A stretch of DNA of 64,000 nt, taken from assembly GCA_951406725.2 (NCBI GenBank), contig OX597824.1:42656001-42720000 (forward strand), given 5' to 3'. Under the pieces are notes generated by a model that was given only the letters and a program-made list of their open reading frames with translations, was not told the DNA's origin and ran no database searches. Of the stretch, positions 41,190 through 55,324 are shown piece after piece. A program made the translations under genes and the position numbers. Position 1 is the stretch's first letter, and every line of letters begins with the position of its first letter. The DNA is from Octopus vulgaris (Eukaryota).

Positions 41190-42730
41190 AAAAATCTCCT
41201 ACTACACTACACCTAATCTGGGATCCACAATCGCCTCCTCGAACAAGCGAAAACTCCAACACTAGATATCGAAAGACACCCAAACTCTCACACTGCACCC
41301 CAAATTAACCCACATATTAGCAATAACACAGCCCTTAGTAACCCCGCAATGAAATAATACCAGGCTCAAGCCATCATTCCACAATCCTACGTAGATGACA
41401 ACAAATACTAGTTGCAATACCACCTCCCAGTCCGATATAAATACAGACTGCTCTTAGCCCCACCACCACCACCACCACGAATAACAATGAACCAAGGAAG
41501 CTCACCTCACTAGCAGCAAACTCCAACCATTGAGCAGGTACGAAAACTTCCAATTGTCGGGTTCCTCAACTAAACCTTCTTGGAGACTCCTGTCTACGTA
41601 AAAATGTAGTCTACAAGCACCGTGTTATAACAGCACGCTCTCACCAAGCGAGGGTATATATCAGTGCCACCGTAGATTTTAAGCGCCGCTACCGTGCACA
41701 AATGAACTCTTTCTCCAATCCAAATTCTTAATTATCAACCTCCATAGCAACGTATATACACAACCTTAAATCTCGAAATATTCCATACACCCTATCCTGG
41801 TCCTTAGTAACTGAAGCACCCCTGTGCAATGCAAGCATCGGCAAGTGTAAGTTATGTCTAGCAGAATCATTAATCATTCTTCGCCTTCATAACTCCTCAT
41901 TACTTACTAGATACCCTAACGCAATTTATTCTTGTAAACACAGGTACTACTCATCTTTCATGTACTTCGTTCAATCTATGTAATCTCATAACTTTAAGTA
42001 TCCATACCCAAATTAACAACTACTATTCTGACCACCTGCCCACATCCAGTCTATCCCTTCTCCATCTTCTCACATTCCTCTCAACATACGTTACTAATCT
42101 CCCTAAGCCACTGAACCAGTCAACTTATTTCCCTCAAATAGTGGTCATTCCTATTTTCACTATCTCTAACTTTATAGCCTTCATGCAAACTAATACAAAG
42201 GTTACCATTCCCATACCATCTAAACCACACTTCCCTCTTCCTCCCACCTTCCACCTATACTTTTATCACTAGCCTCATTAATAACCCCTAACTCTGAAAT
42301 TTATTTTCTCTTCCCACCACTCTTTATCTAAATACCTCCCTTCTCCTCCTTCTAATACACTTAGTTCTTCACAAAATCAGCCCATGTTTAATCTCCCTTC
42401 TGTCAACACCTCAAATGCAAAATTCTTCCCTGAAGACGGAGGCTGGTATTTTCCGATGATGGAATCAGTTTACAATCATTATTTTGAACCAAAATGCCCC
42501 CAGGACTCGTAAAGCTCTTATTCAACCCCTTTAACTCCTGATATAATTTGTATTCCGTGGAAGTCGGACCTTTTTATATGTAAACATATGTACATTTTTT
42601 GTATCAAATGTATTTGATATATTTTGTATATCGACAAGCCTAACTTGCTTTTGCTTACGTTTACTCATCTACCTGCTGAAGTTTAAATCTCTTGAGCACT
42701 ACGAAGTGTAATCTATACGAAGAATATTCG
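41190..42730 (+). mobile_element. Penelope-like element 3' portion with GIY-YIG endonuclease pseudogene (41545-41983)
   Basis: NCR...GDSCLRKNVVYK...VYISATVDFKRRYRAQMNSF...TSIATYIHNLK...YTLSWSLV...CKLCLAES; C/T-rich 3' region; CTGAAGA at 42430. Confidence 0.88.
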
Positions 42731-42837
42731 TCTCTCATCTATAAGCTATACATATATATGTGTATGTGTGTGCAAGTGTATGTGTGTCTGTATGTAAATG
42801 TATATATATGGATGTATATATTATCATCATCATCATC

Positions 42838-42976
<139 letters not shown>

Positions 42977-42984
42977 GAAAACAC

Positions 42985-43515
42985 AGTTTATATTGTTGAG
43001 TATGATGGAAAGTGTCAGCTGTCCACGGCGAGCAGACTAAGGTGACACTTGTTTACTGGTCATGCTTCAATAACCCTACGGAGAATTCTTGCAGTTCCAA
43101 GCAATACTGATTCTTGTAAGTGTTCTACCTTCACACTTGCACCGATCTTTTTCAGCTATATTGGTAGTATTGGCAGATACTTCCAAGTGCACTAATTACT
43201 ATTGGTATCACGTCTACTCTCCTCATTGACTATAACCTTCGTACTTCTCACTTTAAATCGTCATAGTTGTTTATTTTTCTTCTTTCATATTGATCCGGTT
43301 GTTACCGGGGCATGCTATATCGATTATCATATATGTTCTTTATTTTTTATTCACCACAACAATATCCGGTTTCCGATATCTGGTCAGGTGATCGCACTGG
43401 ATCATTGCATCAGACAGGATATTGCAATTCTCATTTTCGGTTACTCTTTCTGGAGTTGGCTCATACCGATGTCTTTTTCGGTGACTCCTCCTGAAGTTTA
43501 CTCATGCTACGTCTA
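42985..43515 (-). mobile_element. R4/Dong-type LINE 3' fragments
   Basis: LQESVLLGTARILRRVI and PDIVV-like pieces between (TAT)n tracts. Confidence 0.7.
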
Positions 43516-43525
43516 AGGTGACTAC

Positions 43526-43605
<80 letters not shown>

Positions 43606-43610
43606 CATCA

Positions 43611-43659
<49 letters not shown>

Positions 43660-43672
43660 CATTATTATTATT

Positions 43673-43735
<63 letters not shown>

Positions 43736-43954
43736 GAGTGGGAGAGCAGTACATGCCATAAAAGTGACACTGGGGTAAAATATACGAAGCCCAGTATACT
43801 CATCATGACTACCCGTCTGATAAGGGTACATCAGGCACATGCATCACAACCATATGTGCGCGACATGGTTATCTCATATCAAGATTAAGAGCGCATGACT
43901 TTGCAGGTGGGGCCCAGTTAGAATTTTCTTCGGGTCGACTAGCCCATCCTGCTC
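43736..43954 (-). mobile_element. Element D, 5'-truncated
   Basis: GAGTGGGAGAGCAGTACATGCCAT... next to (TAT)n. Confidence 0.88.
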
Positions 43955-43957
43955 GGC

Positions 43958-44135
43958 CGCGAGCTGGAAGGATCGTTAGCACGCCGGGCGAAATGCTTGG
44001 CAGTATTTCGTATGCCGCTACACTCTTAGTTCAAATTCTGCTGAGGTCGACTTTGTATTTCATCCTTTCGGGATCGACAATTTAAGTACCAGTGAAACAC
44101 TAGGGTCGATAAATTCAGTTAGTCCCCTCCCCACA
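43958..44135 (+). mobile_element. SINE family B
   Basis: GCGAGCTGG...CACGCCGGGCGAAATGC...TTTCATCCTTTCGGGATCGA. Confidence 0.85.
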
Positions 44136-44696
44136 ATCGTTCCAAATGAGTCTTAGTAATAATCATACTTCGTGTACATCCGCTTTGTATATTTATAATT
44201 CTACCTTTTATGATGCTTTATTCTTGCTGGATAGTAATATTACTTTTTAAAATATTTATATTTCTTGCATATCTTTTCACTGATCTTGCTTCGTATTTTG
44301 ACTGGGGCTTTCAACCGAGCAAACAGTCAGAGATGTAGGGGATATTTTAAAATTTGGTCGTCAATGGTAGATTCAACTGAAGATAACCAATCGTATTCTC
44401 GCTCACGCACATAATCCGAAAAGTTTGAAACGGCAGTATTGAATTATCCTCCATTCCTCTAACGGTCTCCGTAGAGGTAAGACAGAATTTTCCAATATTC
44501 ACCGCCCGCAAACATCTCTGCCTTTGAACATTTAGTGAAGGTCTACGTAACGCTGATAGCTTAACGGCTGCTATTTCTAGCATTGATCGTGTACATCCGC
44601 TTTGTATAATTATGTGTGTGTGTGCATGTGTGTGTGCGCGCGTGTGTGTGTGTCTGTGTCTTTGTATGCATGTATGTATGTATGTATATGTATACA

Positions 44697-44870
44697 TACG
44701 AAGGGGTGCTGAAAAGTTCCTAGCTTAAAGGGTATTGAGAAAGGCCTGGCTGAAAGCCCAAACTTTCGAGTTCTTTTACGGGGCTTAGAAAGCCTGAAGG
44801 ACCGCTGCAATAAGTGTGGGAGTGTGAAAAGGGAATATTTTGAATATAATCATAATTAAACTGATCCTCT
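44697..44870 (+). mobile_element. Mariner-derived MITE fragment
   Basis: TA + CGAAGGGGTGCTGAAAAGTTCC terminus; ...GLESLKDRCNKC...REYFE mariner C-terminal remnant. Confidence 0.7.
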
Positions 44871-44949
44871 TCAATGCGGGGTTACTAAGAGCTGTGTTAT
44901 TGCTAATATGTGGGTTAATTTGGGGTGCAGTGTGAGAGTTTGGGGTGTT

Positions 44950-45651
44950 TGTATACATATCCAGACTCGGCAAGGACTGAGCAGTCCGAGGTGATGTGGT
45001 CAACTGTCTCATTGTGCTGATTGCACATTCTGTATTTGGTGTTGAAATCTATTTTCATTATTCTTTTATAATTGTTTGCAGTCAGGCATTGGTCTTGTGC
45101 AGCGAGAATCAATTCTTCTGTTTCGGCTTTTAGTCCAAAGCTTTAGAGCCATTGTTGGTATTTTACTTAGGCTCACTTCTTCTCGGTCAAGCCTTGCAGG
45201 GTAAAAGCCATGAAGTGATTTTTCTCTTCATTTCTTCTTTAATATCTTTTGTAATTCAGTTTCCCTTTTTTTTTTTTTTTTGTCTATCTGAATATTTATG
45301 CTATGTTGTCATATGAGATCAGTATGTCAGCGTAGTTTGCTTCTGGGGCTTACTCATACCACGTCTTTGCTCTTTGTAGGTCGTAATTTCCACAGAACTC
45401 CCAATGGATCATTCTTGCCACATTGACACGGCGTCTTTTGTATTCGCGTTGTGCCAATTTTGGGCATTCGCTAACGATGTGCCATAACGTTTCACCTTTC
45501 TCAAAACACATTCTGCATTTGTCGCTATCGGTAGTGTTTTCTATTCTGCACTTCATATAATTGTTCTTTAACGCTTATTCTTAAGCTGCGCATATGAGTG
45601 CTTCTGTCTCTATCTTCAGGTCACTCCTCATAGCCACTGGTCCTCTGTATC

Positions 45652-45652
<1 letters not shown>
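44950..45652 (-). mobile_element. Two R4/Dong-type LINE internal fragments (zinc-finger region)
   Basis: ILAAQDQCL...MCNQHNETVDHITSDC; CRMCFEKGETLWHIVSECPKLAQREYKRR. Confidence 0.85.
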
Positions 45653-45734
<82 letters not shown>

Positions 45735-45765
45735 TATTATAATTGTTATTATAATTATTATTATA

Positions 45766-45857
<92 letters not shown>

Positions 45858-45858
45858 C

Positions 45859-45897
<39 letters not shown>

Positions 45898-46052
45898 CAT
45901 AATGTTCTTATGGTTTCTTAAACATTCTCTAGAACAACACTAAGTACAAAACCAAATATATAGCACCCTAGGCATGACACCAACATGAATTTCTAACTTG
46001 TCTCTTGAGGTCTCTGGGTGAAACTTGGAGACAAAGCAAAAGTCAAACATAA

Positions 46053-46125
<73 letters not shown>

Positions 46126-46422
46126 GGGGTTTGAATAGTTCACCTCTGGAAACATGGGTGGTTCTTTCAACATCCTTAAACAACCCTTATTCAGGGACCG
46201 TTTGAGCGGGATGGGCTACTCAACCTGAAGAAAATTCTAACTGGGCCCCACCTGCAAGGTCATGTGCTGTTTATCTTGATATGAGATCACCATGTCGCGC
46301 ACATATGGTTGTGATGCATGTGCCTGGTGTACCTTTATCAGACGGGTAGTCATGATGGGTATATTGGGCTTCGTATATTTTACCCCAGTGTCACTTTGAT
46401 GGCATGAACTGCTCTGTCACTC
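46126..46422 (+). mobile_element. Element D, 5'-truncated, plus strand
   Basis: Ends ...GCTCTGTCACTC(AAT)n; flanked by (AAT)n. Confidence 0.9.
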
Positions 46423-46484
<62 letters not shown>

Positions 46485-46500
46485 TGATAATAATAATAAT

Positions 46501-47589
<1,089 letters not shown>

Positions 47590-47603
47590 ATTATTATTAT
47601 CAA

Positions 47604-47630
<27 letters not shown>

Positions 47631-47634
<4 letters not shown>

Positions 47635-48321
47635 TGGTTTTATTTTTATAGCGTGCTTTCACTTCACTACCGAGCGCAGCTCTGTGTGCCTTGGGTATGT
47701 GCTGTGATTCGTTGTGATGCTCTGATGGTTATTGTATGGAAAGTGTTCTGCGTAGGATGTGTGCAGTGCCTAGTAGTACAATTTTCTGTATGTTATATGT
47801 GTTTGTAAGTCCTGGTGTTTTTGTTATGTATTTGTCTGAATATTTTTTTATCATGCCTAATGCACCTACTATGATAGGGATTGTCTCTGTTTTTAGATTC
47901 CACATTCTGGTTACCTCTATTTCCGGGTCTTTGTATTTTGAAAGTTTCTCCATTTCTTTTAGAGACACGTTGTCATCTGCCGGTAAGGATACATCAATTA
48001 GAAAGCATTTTTTTTTCTTCATGATCTCTGACAACTATATCTGGTCTGTTGGCCTTAATTTCTCTATCTGTGTGTATCGGCATATCCCAGAGTATGGTTG
48101 CTTTCTCGTTTTTTGTGACCTTTTCTGGTGTGTGCCTATACCATCTTTTTTCTGTTGTTATTCCATAATGTTGGCATAGCTTCCTGTGTATGTAGGTTCC
48201 AACTCTGTCATGTCTGTGAATATATTCCTCCTTAGCCAGGACTGGGCAGCCAGAGATAATTTGATTTATTGTTTCTTGTCCATCTCCACATATTCTGCAG
48301 TTACTTGTAATATTTCTTTTC

Positions 48322-48391
<70 letters not shown>

Positions 48392-49999
48392 GAGTGAGAG
48401 AGCAGTGCATGCCATCAAAGCGACACTGGGGTCAAATATACGAAGCCTATTTTCACCATCATGACTACCCGTCTGATAAGGGTACACCAGGTATATGCAT
48501 CACAACTACATGTGCGCGTCATAGAGATTTCATATCAAGATAACCAGCGCATGACTTGCAGATGGGAGCCATTTAGAATTTTCTTCAGGTTGAGTAGCCC
48601 ATTTCAATCAAAACGTCCCTGAAAATGGGTTGTTTAAGGATGTTGAATGAAACACCCATGTTTCCAATGGTGAATTATCCAAACCCCAAAGAATTCACCC
48701 AAAGAATACATGTTTTTGGTAATTTCTGGTGGGGAGGCTTTGGTCTTGTGCTGCAATTAAAAATCCCTCTGTCTCTGCTTTGAGTCCTGAGCTCCTCAAC
48801 CATTGCTGGGATTTTTCTTTGTCTATTTCTTTTGCATTTAGTTTAGTCCAGTATTTACCATGAAGGGGCTTTTCTTGCCATCGTTTTATCATGGTTCGTT
48901 GCTGTTCTATTTTTAGTTTGGATTTCATTTGTTTTATAGCTTTTGTTGTTTCTTCTTCTTCTTCTTCTTCTTCTTCTTCTTCTTCTTCTTCTTCTTCTTC
49001 TTCTTCTTCTTCTTCTTCTTCTTCTTCTTCTTCATATTTGTTAGGTGGTATGATTTCTTGTTTGTATTTGTCAGCTTCCTTAAATACTGAGAACAGTTTT
49101 TCGTTTTGCTCGTGTTTTGCCGCTATTTGTATCAGTTTTCCTTCCTTCTGAAGTAGATATTTTTGCAGTCCTATGGTGGTTATTTTATAGTAGTTTTCCA
49201 GCTGTATAAGGCCTCTACCACCTTCTATACGTTGTATATATAGTCTTTCTATGTCAGATTTTGGGTGATGCATCCTAGATCCTGTCATTATTTTTCTTGT
49301 TTTCCTATCTATTTTGGTCAGTTCATTTAGTGTCCGGTTAAGGATATTGTAGCTGTAACTTATAACTGGGACAGCTAAAGTGTTGATACCTATTATCTTG
49401 TTTTTAGCATTGAGCTCTGTTTTTAGTATTGATCTAACTCGTCTATAATATTCTTTTTTTATTTTCTCTTTCATTTGTGTGTGTTGCGTCTTATCTAGTT
49501 CATGGATTCCTAAGTATTTGTAAGTTTGGCTTTGGTCTAATTCTTTTATTTCATTGGTTTTATCTAGTGTGATGTTGTTACTCTTAACTAGTTTTCCTCT
49601 TTTCATGGTTACTTTGGCGCATTTTTCTAATCCAAATTTCATATCTATTTCTTTGGTAAATCCATGAACTGTCTTTAATAGTGTTTCCAGCTGTTTGTCA
49701 TTTGCAGCGTATAGTTTTAGGTCATCCATATATAAAAGGTGGCTGATCGTTTTGCCGTAACATTTATATCCGCATCCAGTTCTATTTAGCATATCAGATA
49801 GAGGTGACAGTGCCAAACAGAAAAGAAGTGGAGAGAGCGTGTCTCCCTGGAATATTCCTCTTCTAATGGGGATGGCTTTGGTTTTCATGAGTCCCTCTTT
49901 TGTTTGGAGCTGTAGCACTGTTTACCATTTATCCATAGAGTGTCCTATGAATTTTATAAATGTTGGTGCTACTTTGTTAATGGCTAGTGTTTCGAGGAT
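47631..49999 (-). mobile_element. R4/Dong-clade LINE (RT + CCHC + RLE), 5'-truncated, interrupted by element D
   Basis: GIFQGDTLSP, YMDDLKLY, YKYLG, CRICG..ETINQIISGC, RHD, RPDIV, KYKD, LLGTAHILRR; (TAA)n tail at 47511-47630. Confidence 0.95.
48392..48706 (-). mobile_element. Element D inserted inside the Dong LINE ORF
   Basis: Splits YQKHV|MKRNIT; has its own (AAT)n tail at 48323-48391. Confidence 0.9.
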
Positions 50000-50059
50000 C
50001 GTTTGCCATTTATTCATAGGGTGTCCTATGAATTTTATAATTGTTGATGATACTTTGTT

Positions 50060-50600
50060 AATAGCTAGTGTTTCGAGGATCATGGCTAATGATTCGAGGA
50101 TCATGGCTAGTATTTCGAGGATCATGGCTAGTGTTTCGAGGATCGCGGCTAGTGTTTCAAGGATCGCGGCTAGTGTTTCAAGGATCATGGCTAGTGTTTC
50201 GAGGATCATGGCTAGTGTTTCGAGGATCTGGCTAGTGTTTCGAGGATCATGGCTAGTGTTTCGAGGATCATGGCTAGTGTTTCGAGGATCTTAGCTAGTG
50301 TTTCGAGGATCATGGCTAGTGTTTCGAGGATCTTAGCTAGTGTTTCGAGGATCATGGCTAGTGTTTCGAGGATCTGGCTAGTGTTTCGAGGATCATGGCT
50401 AGTGTTTCGAGGATCTGGCTAGTGTTTCGAGGATCATGGCTAGTGTTTCGAGGATCTTAGCTAGTGTTTCGAGGATCATGGCTAGTGTTTCGAGGATCTG
50501 GCTAGTGTTTCGAGGATCATGGCTAGTGTTTCGAGGATCGTGGCTAGTGTTTCGAGGATCATGGTTAGTGTTTCGAGGATCTTATTATTAGTTTCGAGGA
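50060..50600. repeat. 20-21-bp minisatellite (ATGGCTAGTGTTTCGAGGATC)n, ~25 units, derived from LINE sequence
   Basis: The unit equals the terminal 21 nt of the adjacent LINE (ILETLAI codons on the minus strand). Confidence 0.95.
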
Positions 50601-50640
<40 letters not shown>

Positions 50641-50644
50641 GTTA

Positions 50645-50679
<35 letters not shown>

Positions 50680-50738
50680 ATTATTATTATTATTATCATT
50701 ATTATTAGTTATTGTTATTGTTGTTGTCGTCGTCGTCG

Positions 50739-50779
<41 letters not shown>

Positions 50780-50786
50780 GTCATCA

Positions 50787-50860
<74 letters not shown>

Positions 50861-50889
50861 ATTATTATTATTATTATTGTTGTTGTTTT

Positions 50890-53800
50890 TTTTCCTCTTT
50901 CAAATTTGCTTCCATTTCTTGCCGAGTGTCTTCCCGACTCATAGAGCAAAGAAACTCATTGTATACATTGGTAGGCCATTAAACTAAACTCAATAGTTCG
51001 TTCTTTTTTTTAAGTTAAATTAAAATACATGGGTAGTAATAGTTCTCATATCGACAATGCTCTTCTCAATACGTGTGATGTACCAGTTAAGACAATCTTT
51101 TGCACTTCTTGCAGGGATGGTAAGCCAGGGATCATTCTCATATAATTTTCGGTTCCCTTCTTGATCATTCCTAGTGCTCCTACGATCACTGGTATTGTAA
51201 CCGCCTTGAGATGCCACATTTTCTCAATTTCAATGAGTAGGTATTTATATTTTCTGAGCTTGTGAAACTCTTTCGCCGAGATATTATGATCACAGGGGAT
51301 GCTCATGTCGATCAATAAGCAAACTTTATTGTATTGGTCTTTCACAACAATATCTGGTTTATTGGCTTCGATGGTTCGGTCTGTATGTACTGGAAAGTCC
51401 CACAGAATCGTTACATTTTTTCCTTCAGTTACAGCTTCAGGGTGGTGATTATACCACTTGTCGGCAGTTTTGATATTGTAATGCCGACTTATTAGCCAGT
51501 GTAGATATTGGCCAACTCTGTCATGTCTTAATTTATACACCACTGGTGCTAAGACTTTACATCCAGAGATTAGGTGGTCCACTGTTTCAATCATGTCGTT
51601 GCAGAATCGGCATTTTGGGTCTGCTCCATTTTTCATCACATTGGCCTGGTAGTTCCGGGTTAATAGGCTTTGATCTTGAGCAGCCAGGATGAAGCCTTCG
51701 CTCTCTGGTTTTTAGCCCTGAGCTCCGTAGCCACTGATGGGTTTGCCTCTGGTCAACATCAGCTTGTTTGCTGCGGGCCACATATTTGCCGTGCAGAGGT
51801 TTCTCCTCCCACCTATCAGCCAATTGCTCGTGCGCTTTTTTCGTTGCCATTATTTTCACCTTCTTTACAACAATAGTTGCCATACTTCCCTCGGGTTGTT
51901 CAGTTTGGGTATCCTGCACGAGATCAATAGCAATTTTTTTGCTTTCCTTTATGATTTTCCACGAGCTTTAGCATCCAGTCATTCGTTATTTCAAGATATT
52001 TGGCCAGTCCAATTGTGGTTGTTTTGTAAGATAGTTCAAATTGGATCAGGCCTCGACCTCATTGGGCTCTGGGAAGGTAAAGGCGATCTACGTCTGCCTT
52101 TGGGTGTGCATCCTATTACAACTCAGTAGCTTGCGTATTTTCCTATCTATATTCTTTACTTCACTCATATTCCAGTTCAACACATTGAACTGCTAAGGAA
52201 TTTATAGCTAACACTGGAACTGCTAAGGAATTTATAGCTAACACCTTGTTACGTGCATTTAGTTCAGATTTCAGGACTGCACGAACTCTCCTATAACATT
52301 CCTTCCTGATCTTCTCTTTCATGCTTGCATGCTGAATACCAGAGCCTTCATTTATCCATAAATATTTGTATGTTTGTTCTTGCTCAAGCTCTCTTATGAC
52401 TGTGTCAACATCTAACACGACTGAATTTGTGGTCTTCACTTTCTCTTTCTGGAAAATGGCCTTGGCAGACTTCTCAAGTCCAAACTCCACCCCGATGTCA
52501 TCGCTGAATGCTTTCACAGTCCGCAATAGGCCTTCAAGTTCATTATTGTCTTTACCATAGAGTTTTAAGTCATCCATATAAAATAGATGGCTTATTTTTT
52601 TATTGGCAATTTTATACCCATACTCTGTTCTGTTTAATTCACTTGTAAGGGGTATGCAGAATATTAAAGGTGAAAGTGAGTCACCTTGAAAAATTCCACA
52701 GTTGATGTTTATATTTTCTGAGGCAAGTACTCCATTAGAGTGGTATAATTGGAGATTCGTATTCCACAACGACATATTGTGCTTCAGGAAGCTTGAAATC
52801 ACAGGGGAAATTTTGAAGATGTCCAGCGATCTCAAGATCCATGGATGTGGTATACTGTCGAAGGCCTTTTTATAGTCAATCCATGCGGAGCTGGGATTTC
52901 TGCGCTTGTTGTGACAGTTCTCAAGTATCATACAATTAATTAGCAGTTGATCTTTGCATCCGTATGAGCCTCGGCGGCACCCTTTTTGTTCAATGGGGAA
53001 AATATCGTTCTTCTCCATAAATGCATATGTTTTCTCCGTCAGGATAGATGTTAGGATTTTATACGTGGTGGATAGACAGGTTATAGGCCGATAGTTTTTT
53101 GGAAGGTTGGTTTCGTTATTCTTTGGGAGTAGGTAAGTAATACCACTTGCTAACCATTCAGGTGTTTTCTTTGGGTCTTTCATAATTTCATTGAGCAGCT
53201 GAACTAGCTTACCGTGTGCGCATGGAAGCGATGCGAGCCAGAAATTCGGCACCTATCTTTACCGGGGGATTTCCAATTATGGGCCTTCGTGAGTGCCTTT
53301 CTTTGGTCTGCTATTGTGATGTCTTCCCATGCTTGTTGTTGTAAATTTTGGTAGGATCCTTCAGTTTGTATAATCCAGTCTGCATTTATGTTGTACGTCT
53401 TCTTGTCACTCCAAATCCTTTTCCAAAAGTTTTGAACTTCTTCCATGGGAGGGGGGGTCTTTACCGGTTACTTTCTCCTTCCCTATTTCTCTGTAGAATT
53501 TTTTGGCATTGGATGTGAACAGCTTATTTTGCTTGTAAAACTTGTTCAAATCTTCGTATTCTTTGGGCTTTTGCTTGGACTTTTTGTTTCAGCGTTTCTT
53601 TTATTGATATCAGTTCTTCTCTTGGTGAGGATCCAAATTTTCTCTTCATCTTTCTTCCTGTTCTGGATCTTACATCATTTCCACATATTAGTTCATTTAA
53701 TATTGATATTTCCCCTCTCATAAATTCAATCTCTTTTTCAATTTTTCAATTTTACTTCTCCAGGTTTGATTTCCCTCCAGGTTTGGTTTTCTTTGTTTTT

Positions 53801-54034
53801 TCGGGGGCATACAGCTGATTACAATTGCCCTAGCAGAAGCGTAAATAATTTCATTTAACTCAGTAAAATCAGGTTTTAATTCTTGTATTATTTCATTTGT
53901 TACATAGTTGCCAATTTGGATTTGTTTTTTATTTTGGTTTGTATTTGAGAGTTTATGAAGTGGTTCTCTATCATTCATACTTGTATGTCTTACAACTTCA
54001 AGCGTATTCAGGATTTTCTGCCTCATTTCTGCCA
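50890..54034 (-). mobile_element. Second R4/Dong-clade LINE, ~3.1 kb, frameshifted ORF
   Basis: NWKSPGKD, YRPITCL, EQKGC, WIDYKKAFDSIPH, GIFQGDSLSP, YMDDLKLY, CRFC..ETVDHLISGC, KPDIV; (TAA)n tail at 50601-50880. Confidence 0.96.
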
Positions 54035-54036
54035 TA

Positions 54037-54146
54037 GGCATATGGCGTAGTGGTTAAGACCGTCGGCTAATAACCACAAGATTCCGAGTTCGATTCCAAG
54101 CAGTGACCTGAATAATAATAATAATAACAACAACAACAACAACAAC

Positions 54147-54228
<82 letters not shown>

Positions 54229-54410
54229 TCGGGGAATACCTTAGGAATGAGAACTCAGATTCGAAATTTCCCCAAGACACCTGAAGAAGGCTGGAGGGTA
54301 TATCAGCCGAAACGTTGTGTTAACAACAAACAAGATGAGAACAAATATCCGTCAAATGTAAATAATGTAAATAATGTACATAATTCTTCATCTCTTAAAT
54401 ATAGAACTAT
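54037..54410 (+). mobile_element. tRNA-headed SINE with internal (AAT)n and a hammerhead-containing 3' part
   Basis: A box TGGCGTAGTGG (54043), B box GAGTTCGATTCC (~54086), (AAT)n at 54111-54225, HHR at 54276-54321, and short AATGTAAAT repeats near the end. Confidence 0.8.
54276..54321 (+). ncRNA. Minimal type I hammerhead ribozyme
   Basis: GACAC-CTGAAGA-A-GGCTG..CAGCC-GAAA-CG-TT-GTGTT; palindromic AACGTT stem III. Confidence 0.8.
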
Positions 54411-54815
54411 AGATAGAAATGTTACGAAGAAATTTTCCTTTTTATCCCTTATCCAGGCTAAGAACTGCGCAATTTCGGTGTTAAGTATAGTACATGCCCA
54501 AAATACAAGAAAGTTCACAAGAATTTATGATATCATGAGTTAAAGACCAACCAAGGAAACTCATTTTAATATTTCGCGGCGGAACAGAAGCAACAGTAGA
54601 TATGAAACAAATAGATAAGACATAATTGTGAAGTGGTTAAGCGGAACAGATAAAAAAGAAAACGACCACTACGAAGAACTCAGAACAGAATGGTAAAGCT
54701 ATTGTACCAGTAAAGACAGAGAATACACTATGTATTGATACTTAAGTCTTTTACGACAGGAATAATACAGACCAAAACAAATTGTGCGCTCAACGCATGT
54801 GTATGAGAGAGAGAG

Positions 54816-54879
<64 letters not shown>

Positions 54880-55010
54880 CGTGCGTGAGTGTGTGTGTGT
54901 GTGTGTGCGTGTGTGTGTGTGCGTGTGTGTGTGTACATAATCTATATATACATATATGTATATATGTATATACATACATACACAAACACATATCAATATA
55001 TATATGCATA

Positions 55011-55167
55011 CGCCATGATAGATCGCTAGCCACTACACATTCTTTATTTTCTCGCCTCTCTGTGTTCCTTTCTGTGGAAGAGCGTTGGCTCGAAACATTT
55101 AAGACCATATGTTTGTTGTCTACACCACCTGTCTTCGTCTTCTGCTTTTTGTGAATTCTCTCCCTAT
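55011..55167 (+). mobile_element. Element E, second copy, in (TA)n
   Basis: Reverse homolog of 26772-26964; motif CTTT-CTGTGGAA-GAGC GTTG GCTC-GAAA-CATT at 55068-55103. Confidence 0.72.
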
Positions 55168-55281
55168 AAATATATATATATATATATATAATATTATTAG
55201 AGACAAAACCACTATTTTGCAAAACAAACAAGGAAAGACTTAATCAATACATAAAATTTTAATAAAAAGTAAAAAAAACCG

Positions 55282-55324
55282 CCACTACAATTGTTTCTTG
55301 TCCTGATCGACAATCTTCAGGTGG
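55282..55324 (-). ncRNA. Type I hammerhead ribozyme (left arm)
   Basis: Exact reverse complement of 55600-55642. Confidence 0.88.

Noticed and set aside
42425-42525. Hammerhead in the Penelope 3' region (CTGAAGA...TAAAGCTC)
   Set aside because: GAAA is mutated and stem I has no partner. It is possibly a relic but not supportable.
46224-46260. CTGAAGA in element D as a hammerhead
   Set aside because: No downstream stem II-GAAA-stem III-UH arrangement.
50060-50600. CRISPR-like array
   Set aside because: The units are contiguous 20-21-mers without unique spacers and derive from the adjacent LINE. There are no cas genes and the context is eukaryotic.
54037-54110. tRNA genes here and at 18200-18269, 27421 and 37681
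   Set aside because: A/B boxes are present but there is no complete cloverleaf or acceptor stem, and each continues into a SINE body.
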